A DNA stretch of 34,425 nt from Omnitrophica bacterium RIFOXYB12_FULL_50_7 (GTDB taxonomy: Bacteria; Omnitrophota; Omnitrophia; Omnitrophales; Aquincolibacteriaceae). The stretch is from NCBI GenBank assembly GCA_001804345.1, contig MHFU01000056.1:11034-45458 (forward strand). Direction: 5' to 3'. Within the stretch, counting starts at the first letter, position 1. Each line of letters begins with the position of its first letter. Made by a program: the position numbers and the translations under genes. The notes beneath the pieces are model-generated. The model saw only the letters and a list, made by a program, of their open reading frames with translations. It was not told the origin of the DNA and made no database searches. Positions 31,801 to 34,425 of the stretch are shown here, piece after piece.

Positions 31801-34425
31801 GGTAAATTTTCGGACGAAGATTACGAGAGATATGAACTTTGGCTTCAGGAGCAGTTCCCGAGTTACGAGCCGATCGCGGTCGAGTATTTGGAGGCCAAAG
31901 ATCCACGGGCTTATATTGATTCCATCCGTCTCATTGCTAAGGACAGTATTGCCGGGGGTCCAATATTATTCAAACACCTGGAGCGGCATCACTCCGCGGA
32001 AGAATGGAAAGCGATTCAATCTTTCCATCATATTGTTCATGATAATCTGGGAATGGTTTTACAGGCGCTCACGGTCACCGGTTATCCCCTCAGCCGTTTT
32101 GAAGATTTAAGAAAAGTCCTTCCCTTTAATAATCCACTGACCCGTATTCTCCGGCTGTTGGGGGAGCCGTCGGATATCATTGGCGGCTACGTGGATGTTA
32201 CCAAGAAATTAATTCTTGCCGGTCAATTCAGCTCCTTCTACAGAATTATTCTGGATGTCGCGGAGAAAAGAGGGCGCCTCGCTCCCCAGGAGATTTCCGC
32301 TATGCTGGAACTCTTGCGTGCTACTTCCTTTGAAAGGTGGACCGAAAAGGACTGGAATAAGTTCTACGGAGATATTAGCCGTTACCACGCCGCAGGTTTC
32401 AAGGCCCTGACTCCCGAGCTCTTTAATTTTTTTATCCAAAACGAAAACAAGCCTGCCGTTATTACCCAATTTCATAAAGACGTTACCAGGGAACTCGGCG
32501 TTTCAATTGCCTGGGGTTCTTTCGCGGGTCTTACTCCCGCATTCAGGAGAAAATACAGCGTCTCATCTGCGGGCGAACTCGCCCTTCTTGCCAAATATAT
32601 TCCTATCGCCAATCTCTCGAGCCGGGATTACGAGGGGAAATATCTGGAGATCCAGTCCGCTTTAAACGAAAGACGGGGCTGGAAAGAAGAAGTCCCTCCT
32701 GCTCTCCGGTCTCTTTATTCCATTACCGGAACCCGTGGCAGTGTGTCTTATGAAATCCCGCCTGAAACCGCCTCCAAAGACGAGGCAAACCATCGCGATG
32801 AACTTCACCGCCGGCTTCAGAGCTATACCCAGACTCCTCTCAGAACTTTTGAAGAGCTGATCGGTCTTATGGGTACTTCCGAGTATTCGACTCTCCCAGA
32901 TCTTGAGAAAAAGCGCGCTGTCCTTCAATGGTCTTTTCGAACGGCGAAGCTTGATCCCCGACCCTATTCCCAAATACCAAACTCTGATGCCGAGCTCTTA
33001 GGATGGTTGAATCAGTGGACTTCTTTTTTTCGGGACACCTGGAAACATGACCAGCCCCCGGCCGCGAAAGAGCTTGTCCGTCAGAAAATTCTTTCACTTA
33101 AAGGGCCTCCTCTTGAAACCCTGAAGCAGGAGATGAGGTTGGATCGCTACCAGATGATTCGTCTCCAGGACCCCAAGCGCTTCCTTCCGAGAACGAGTGA
33201 ACTTTATGACATTCTGACGAATCCTTCACTTGCCCCGGGCGACAGAGAACAAAGACTGGCGAGGGAATTCCAAAGCCGGCTTTCTCAGGTTTCCTCAGAG
33301 GACCTTGGCAACGAATCTTTCATGAAAGACTTTTTTGAAAAAACCAAAACCAAAGCCCTGGAAGCGGTTACGCGTCACGCGCTTGACAAGGCAAAAAAAC
33401 CTCTTAGTTTCGAAGAGCTTGACTCTTTTGGCAGCTTGATCGCTTCTGCTCTAGGCGGGAGTTATCAAGCCGTACAAAAGCAGATAAATGGTCAATCGGA
33501 CGAGGACCGTAAACTCGTTATTCTCGCTGATCGTGTCGCCCAGCAGTATCTCACTCTTTTTAGCGAGGATATTCAGGCGACCAGCGAAGAGATTCCCCGA
33601 TACAAGCGGACCGAAACAGCTTCCGAGACAGAATTCCGTGTTGGTTTTTTTGATGACCTGTTGCATCTGATGAGTTTTATGATGACAGGGGTCTGTACCT
33701 GGGTTGAAAGAGACAGACAAGTTTCGGACCGACGTTATCATTTCGGAAAAATAGCACTTAAAGATACCGAGGGCCGCGTCTTAGGCGCAAGTCAGGTCCA
33801 GTTGGCCAAAGTCCACATCAAGGGCGCCGCTCCCAAAACCTCTCCTCAGGGGTGGTCGGTCATGGCGCTTCCGGGGAATAATCTTTTTCAGGGGGAGATC
33901 GGCATTAGTAATGAAAAAGCAATGTTGGCCATTTTAGAATATGCCCAGCGGTCGGCCGAAGAGGCAGGCCTTGAAGGCGCCGTTATCCCTACCGATGCTG
34001 CTATTCACACAAATCAGGAAGGAACCGTCGGTAAAATCATTCAATCTCTTCATGCCAAAGGATGGTTAAGATCCGTTTCTCTTACAGGGTCCATTGTTCT
34101 TTCTGCGGAGTATGCTTACTCGAACGTCTGGCTCATCCAGATCCCGGAAACCGCATTCCAGTTGACTTCCCCCTCTCAGAAAAGACCTCTTTCCGAAAAT
34201 GAGATCGCGGAAAAGGAAATAAAAGCTCAAAAAGAAGGGAAGGTTGTTGCCGGAGGTTTTATAGAAATTGTTCCTCCCCAGGGCGCGCGGGCGGAGGTGC
34301 GGGCAGGACAAGAGATCCAGGCGCTTACCGAGGAAGTCCTCGATACCATGCCGCAACAGGTTGTCCGGCATATTCGTAACTATATCCAGGAATATGATAT
34401 CGAGGTCCGCGTTGTTCCCAATCCG
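19894..34425 (+). CDS. Giant multi-module membrane-anchored protein, 3' end beyond the window (at least 4,844 codons)
   Basis: No stop in frame 1 from the TAG at 19852-19854 to base 34425. First ATG is 19894 (a TTG lies at 19855). N-terminal signal anchor RTISLIIAVCFLTTNAMA. Recognisable GNAT, HTH and HEAT-like modules. No terminated track ORF occupies this frame. Confidence 0.85.
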   Translation, partial: MRKQTPRNKKRNHKEKMREISSFKRTISLIIAVCFLTTNAMAMPGQEAWLGERGTGNVFGSKDILSLSMPSSLGTVVETYRVEQKNRRGTRFPFTVSRHDPMVVYIQDAHDSLEAQENIAGMVKYLTEQKGVRTVYEEGYEGPVPSDQLFGNIQDTTLKEKLSYYLMDKLRVSGAEYAHINRLADRVQGIGYRKNKNSEDLSLKPYPLNPDWQLIGADSIALHLENIRAYEQSAKKRGDITKDIQRIRKELQRIMDRNFPKEIKRWMELQRRYQNGQLPLMEYLRRTYLLWETGNGKRATKTFSVPRSPFPGIGALFSGDEKKIKQIDLVKLMSEIRQLEEEVVGKGLPGDSDRKTYGYYQSVLLLEKLNAIQLSAEEYAALKESLENLKTEDLAQFIARETGRSIVLFRSWEDLITDSINFYELAKKRDEALGKILGDSVEGIGYRKNKNSEDLPPKPYPLNLNASILVFGGFHKEAIKKILKEKGISYVILSPSITSPSKRHEDYYQMLMSGGKHAFETPSGFSKRPQSQFQSIEANRKLGQPRLPFIKRNQKLGQTRDYRLKTKSLLSPREREGVRGKSLQSPVSSLQSGGKSGSDSRQSIARESTCPQRAVAMDYAPVMDHLAETGAPFRSETRANFILKMDHALSDEHQIAPYKHPGFVGSNESARAEVRSEVRLGFPPLAKKYQRYIAKHDLDARPVQAQLIHPALVGHDMAQKDVINPNDKELAALVAGPNVDISKVLLMSNATKAFFVGHRLGFLKADRLRDRLTATDWEKPIELEEYRDHKFRTGRAPLYEGVIKDAETAILMELQAMQVEKSSIQIFDDAGANDGKLAVRIRFQWAYHNRKEREYEFTFFDHDIEQGNYPPLLEQALKEKIDVYLQWAPGTLSEAYRYFLRRILPALREGGHMVTDDRYYHSFLNDVIHYSICPFLEDDDSNWQARGVKTQPFQNDFFIFAAQKGNDGTWFERIRTILKWTLLEPFAAPLLKAIQAIQEAWNQCLSNYYHRNAHSGDPRQRQRARWSLKLPLHFNWIRHFDLSRNFHLYGWNVQISQKQGPKSVRYRKLPRAGYKDLKALNLHFGKNPRKTMEKSTLWAGGAAILFSAAMYFANAVSDNVSFLFCVPFLSSIEFLFLALTYIFTLHFLPQVIYCFDTERRYDAFSPGTHSRIYHPENYNNLEWLQHKFGVAPQDLREAYHAMIEDVYERLVNRSITTEVLTLGFYEDTKDYLEQEKKPPFAQADIDIARKRLSIYIKEKDPIRRKLSFDPDHLEAMKVIGRKEDGSQTLDIIPFIAGQTGVPLTQTFKELLHSAEAGGMALRRQGKEKIVLLKEADDISILTIDKKGKVFVSGVSRGGTILDYADDKVFLEEGAKPVFCYHSHPWASPLTEERSLPQILAPSDADERGIAKISKKFHRAIPEIIWAYDREKHRLVGWFYELTGDDYEKLNNPTELTVTLAKQQQLDFQQTQQPDSVLTGGVRTEARSETRGGSLRGFAGGDIEKDARKLAAGDTAAGVKDLDAEHPAVLGDIHHNAVGHLAGVFDLARLELDVQRIRFPIERYFHKEFLTGGEEIFPGRLDVLENRIQKPFSEIFAFVKRNYRRAAVGMAKINMTAFLAEAFKTEAGKNADDFGRAERNEAGHQLTSISWSPTKSMGLKEDPSTSRHNWMASFMRGIRVVRDFACVWHPRRLGHDPTKTPSSSFSMMTMKFFLRIFSPLSVPDDIPSLLGSQGFAMAGGVGTPMVSLLLARSEARTDQPVPLMPGTISKTRLSTLDTPGVDKGEKRSEMRVPNVMGKEPREIVIRWSSETESTDEKKQHVIAEVWDPALKEQFGVGVFYVEDQKIRISAYFPIGKIDDPSGKWFRNRGKGISSTFLFWLSHFAMANGIREIYIQSDKAINIPLFRKYFAGQFCRHPHGMTEAEVWQDMEKVEDPATGEGLYSEAVLGEIGIADLATMEITAYVRLSRLPEPGGQYRVDGVEDNVERLKQYAREDGLKESSVVVTFPKALRPGAWLEITERGIVKIEGKTIGIIKVAAGPHFAVKGVPRFPEELRSLSESFYQKENLLLPISQPEDSKVRSEARAELRSKDFEEFITGIEKFVKHKISRPAQRVFWKTIGWMHRYRYYITPAVVAITALAYYIFLKVQNFHEKNIQKPLRIQEQKDVPDSFPSSGATTTEKKSSRSEARNNIAQPLSTYAVESGSHPRSEERRDNIEIEKLFPDDVEELLKFRDKYFVPRIALGLEKAKWKEVFYNIAYGVHTDPTMIYLANDKEKIVGYVTATDFSSWEKRKGEGWVGEFAVHPEYEDQGLGTNLFEKALDWLKEREGVRVIKLTDASVPVEIDGQMESRVAKIAQKFGFELPPGEINEWQLDLGKSSQVDESDEDRIFFGDWGDEDDDNDERSELRRPVGQTGAPSKSGETAVTELFNGIPDNERKLIGPQMRDVIFGDYSDFQRQLFRSQSLLHIYQENLVDFFRLHKKDFPVLHRYLQTIINNTTYENCLPTNGLELLFYRVVRARYSKIEKLTDASLKAFDEILPEFVKTVSLILANAYAGKIKTSPAFREALFLREEILYQTNPEKIRDIGRRVKEISTSPSWDDDGEAKKRAELREEDRATGTSLATTRWTNPPTLEQIQTLRQLQEQADMTQRAFANAIRTHEATLSRIKAGKESARWAAVLIQRAKEILRDKLQQAQMPATPEQIREFRSIRERLKLSPERFRELLGLLEPGELSFKRMEELLLKARRLVPSSEKVQELIRIREEKGLSRQELAALLKIPAETLLAAERGEMIASQVKTLLLKLKRKKALPKDPDPEALEAGRRLKTIREQHFPGLTQARFGNMINPDMKNPQSSISMAERGFTSKERFERFIRLAQAHITAQPSTETGREIRSPDKDPVLGPGLRKGEGRSEIRFSNFRTESGKATVRAEVRRPKKGGGKRRAKAVTQRKSQKALSLYSFFGLLAAGGLFLVAERFLNTPLESGEKKPAPIGLVSKTERAPPQSTESSSAEKVDPVPFFTPESLREISLEKLIPLSALQNSYFWFDLHSGEKAGERLASFIERIAKEKQGADIFRIRVVRENGFSLLEVRKRVQVLFERGEISEGDFKWIMNLRAEDFNDGGKRKKIERIVAQCVEQANGEWPSEYPLENKTISGATLEFDRELLERLITNEALGKKIVFVNETVHLEPTLLQMEYELLREQAVKALLFEVDESQVFVAYFSLIKRSMQAKYESQEIREMNYIREKILPLLKDPRQDQDVHVFPRGTQHFFLLEHLFPQLIGALSLQQLYLVEHAWEYSMADVERIGLTRWREKRLAEDFSESEKETLLKDALHQLLLMVMKPLFASPKQYDPELFSKASNSVLRNLSAEQVKEILEEIRLLSQQMKPLPEPEQFFGILGCVTWARIQDLLPGEYRDQFIKVIIDREPERLRIIKDHKTEVKPILYSVPLVPRSELRLPAQESVAGAAISPKAEGDSRLSKEILKYLLNLENAAKRPNSAIRQTAFTMRSTILAALADQGRRLPLKNRVFETTDDFSIRNRLADFAASIDLAITLIEQGQTPDLVFVKKKLTDRDPRIRQAAFKASVSLAAALFKKSKKPNLSFLKNALLDTDPYVRADGLIAFSMITATLIDQKRIKLPDPYLDAVEAAKAVARTVTNSFTDYGQPSEPSLFDLALFDKATPISQAIIIALGNIAAALIRHGRISSLVFFIGRLTDHDPRIRQAAVTAFGTITCARIDQGKPPQFSFFNTVLKDPDSEVRQAAVTALGDVDTALGKRGPIPNLSSFDTAFNDSNSRVRTAAVTAFGAVAAASIKHQYRIPELSLFHKAFADTNPDVRKAAFTAFSTVAIRCINQGQTLPDLSPFNNVENDPDESVYTTALIAFDAIAAASIRRGQNPDLSPLNKALSDFSGDVRATALIAFGAVSASRIDQGQTPDLSLFQRKPKDTDPRIQQALLIALGAVTAAEIRQGKFSDEDYERYELWLQEQFPSYEPIAVEYLEAKDPRAYIDSIRLIAKDSIAGGPILFKHLERHHSAEEWKAIQSFHHIVHDNLGMVLQALTVTGYPLSRFEDLRKVLPFNNPLTRILRLLGEPSDIIGGYVDVTKKLILAGQFSSFYRIILDVAEKRGRLAPQEISAMLELLRATSFERWTEKDWNKFYGDISRYHAAGFKALTPELFNFFIQNENKPAVITQFHKDVTRELGVSIAWGSFAGLTPAFRRKYSVSSAGELALLAKYIPIANLSSRDYEGKYLEIQSALNERRGWKEEVPPALRSLYSITGTRGSVSYEIPPETASKDEANHRDELHRRLQSYTQTPLRTFEELIGLMGTSEYSTLPDLEKKRAVLQWSFRTAKLDPRPYSQIPNSDAELLGWLNQWTSFFRDTWKHDQPPAAKELVRQKILSLKGPPLETLKQEMRLDRYQMIRLQDPKRFLPRTSELYDILTNPSLAPGDREQRLAREFQSRLSQVSSEDLGNESFMKDFFEKTKTKALEAVTRHALDKAKKPLSFEELDSFGSLIASALGGSYQAVQKQINGQSDEDRKLVILADRVAQQYLTLFSEDIQATSEEIPRYKRTETASETEFRVGFFDDLLHLMSFMMTGVCTWVERDRQVSDRRYHFGKIALKDTEGRVLGASQVQLAKVHIKGAAPKTSPQGWSVMALPGNNLFQGEIGISNEKAMLAILEYAQRSAEEAGLEGAVIPTDAAIHTNQEGTVGKIIQSLHAKGWLRSVSLTGSIVLSAEYAYSNVWLIQIPETAFQLTSPSQKRPLSENEIAEKEIKAQKEGKVVAGGFIEIVPPQGARAEVRAGQEIQALTEEVLDTMPQQVVRHIRNYIQEYDIEVRVVPNP
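20044..20187. repeat. In-frame heptamer inverted repeat (GGGAACG-type) with 96-nt interior
   Basis: Left arm GGGGAAC GTGGAAC GGGGAAC G. Right arm CCGTTTC CCGTTCA CCGTTTC CCGG. 144 nt, equal to 48 codons. Confidence 0.6.
20446..20523. repeat. In-frame palindromic element (GGGTATA-type), copy 1
   Basis: GATAGGGTACAGGGTATAGGGTATAGG, then AAAAACAAAAACAGTGAAGA, then CCTATCCCTTAAACCCTATCCCCTAAACCCT. 78 nt, equal to 26 codons. Confidence 0.7.
20765..20829. repeat. In-frame heptamer inverted repeat (GGGAAAC-type)
   Basis: (GGGAAAC)x3 GGGCAACG, loop AAAACGTTCAG, (CGTTCCC)x3 CGGG. Related to 1545-1603. Confidence 0.7.
21208..21285. repeat. In-frame palindromic element (GGGTATA-type), copy 2
   Basis: About 90 percent identical to 20446-20523. 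Located 762 nt (254 codons) downstream in the same frame. Confidence 0.7.
21563..21671. repeat. In-frame heptamer inverted repeat (AGAC/GTCT-type) with inner hairpin
   Basis: Left arm ACAGACC AGAGACT ATAGACT AAAGACC. Inner hairpin CCTCTCC..GGAGAGG. Right arm GTCTCCA GTCTCCA GTCTCTA GTCTCCA GTCTGG. Confidence 0.65.
23995..24130 (+). other. Possible JAB/MPN (RadC-like) metalloprotease motif region in the giant ORF
   Basis: FCYHSHPWASPL...LAPSDADERGI resembles HxHP...S..D, but with a longer spacer than the canonical JAMM motif. Confidence 0.3.
24373..24588 (-). CDS. DUF2283 family protein
   Basis: MKISFDREADALYIQF....GRVFGIEILDASRRI is the characteristic DUF2283 pattern. Lies 9 nt downstream of hicA. 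Confidence 0.85.
   Translation of the reverse strand: MKISFDREADALYIQFQTGKIKHARKVSDGIMMDIAKNGRVFGIEILDASRRIPRRQLTSVLLNIPTGKTP
24598..24822 (-). CDS. hicA: HicA family mRNA interferase toxin
   Basis: SSEVIRILTRLGFERLRQKGSHIYFRHPDGRATVVPFHKGEDLGKGLLNSILKD. Its start overlaps the hicB stop (TGATG). Confidence 0.9.
   Translation of the reverse strand: MARLIPLRSSEVIRILTRLGFERLRQKGSHIYFRHPDGRATVVPFHKGEDLGKGLLNSILKDIETSWEDFLSAR
24822..25037 (-). CDS. hicB: HicB family antitoxin (UPF0150-like)
   Basis: FMVIIEKDEDGVFVGSCPSLRGCHTQAKSLTTLIPRMKEAIQLCLE. AGAGGTGA RBS. Confidence 0.9.
   Translation of the reverse strand: MRKKNFMVIIEKDEDGVFVGSCPSLRGCHTQAKSLTTLIPRMKEAIQLCLEVEGSSFKPMDFVGLQEIEVN
25061..25089 (-). 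promoter_or_regulatory. Candidate sigma70 promoter of the hicB-hicA-DUF2283 operon
   Basis: On the minus strand: TTGACT (25089-25084), 17-nt spacer, TATCAT (25066-25061). About 24 nt upstream of the hicB ATG. Confidence 0.55.
25330..25640 (+). other. Possible GNAT-like module in the giant ORF
   Basis: FRNRGKGISSTFLFWLSHFAMANGIREIYIQ resembles the acetyl-CoA-binding motif A (R/Q-x-x-G-x-G/A). Confidence 0.35.
26536..26994 (+). other. GNAT N-acetyltransferase module in the giant ORF
   Basis: IVGYVTATDF...WVGEFAVHPEYEDQGLGTNLFEKALDWLKEREGVRVIKL...AQKFGFE. Confidence 0.7.
27778..28530 (+). other. Four tandem XRE/Cro-like helix-turn-helix units in the giant ORF
   Basis: Four units: LRQLQEQADMTQRAFANAIRTHEATLSRIKAG; FRSIRERLKLSPERFRELLGL; IRIREEKGLSRQELAALLKIPAETLLAAERG; LKTIREQHFPGLTQARFGNMI...SSISMAERG. 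Confidence 0.6.
28578..28601. repeat. Perfect 24-nt palindrome inside the giant ORF
   Basis: AGACCCGGTCCTAGGACCGGGTCT, translated in frame as KDPVLGPGL, 17 nt upstream of an RSEIR motif. Confidence 0.9.
30328..31805 (+). other. HEAT-like (PBS-lyase type) repeat array, about 11 units, in the giant ORF
   Basis: Recurring D.DP.[IV]R..A..A[FL]G.... units (DPRIRQAAFKAS, DPYVRADGLIAF, DPRIRQAAVTAFG, DSEVRQAAVTALG, NSRVRTAAVTAFG, NPDVRKAAFTAF...). Confidence 0.75.

Noticed and set aside
19894-34425. Stop-codon reassignment or an alternative genetic code as the explanation for the huge open frame
   Set aside because: TAA, TAG and TGA all terminate well-recognised genes at their expected lengths in the same window (serS TAA, corA and rlmN TAG, GIY-YIG TGA). 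The other five frames across this region are full of stops.

Overview
Bacterial chromosomal window. I recognise no rRNA, CRISPR array, integrase or transposase, and I cannot assign a taxon from the sequence alone.

Left 19.6 kb: housekeeping genes (gyrA 3' end, serS, tadA, a REC-YvcK fusion, cstA, a PilZ gene, a CheY-like regulator, corA, rlmN) sit among tRNA loci: Ser-GGA, Ser-GCU, Arg-ACG, Ser-UGA and a 40-nt Ser-UGA 5' fragment. These tRNA loci carry scars of mobile DNA:
- GIY-YIG cassettes prefixed by duplicated tRNA-Ser 5' ends.
- A 5.1-kb insert bracketed by a 43-nt direct repeat of tRNA-Ser(UGA). It carries a nucleotidyltransferase, a fusion of a TIGR04222-like domain, a Cys/Gly tract and an RCK K+ channel, and a radical SAM/SPASM enzyme.
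- Repeated tRNA 3'-end scars downstream of tRNA-Ser(UGA).

Right 14.5 kb: one uninterrupted reading frame runs from 19894 to the last base (4,844 codons). It is absent from the supplied ORF track because it never terminates in the window. It encodes a membrane-anchored, multi-module giant protein with GNAT folds, four HTH units, a HEAT-like array, a possible JAB domain and much unrecognisable sequence.

Three unusual things sit inside this ORF:
1. A hicB-hicA-DUF2283 operon with its own promoter lies antisense, yet the sense frame stays open through it.
2. At least 16 copies of an R-[S/A]-E-x-R motif occur at apparent module boundaries.
3. Five in-frame palindromic inserts are built from tandem heptamers. 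Relatives of these elements lie intergenically beside the tRNA-Ser genes. A separate heptamer family (CAACG-type) flanks rlmN and a four-helix-bundle (Avd / 23S-IVS-protein-like) gene.
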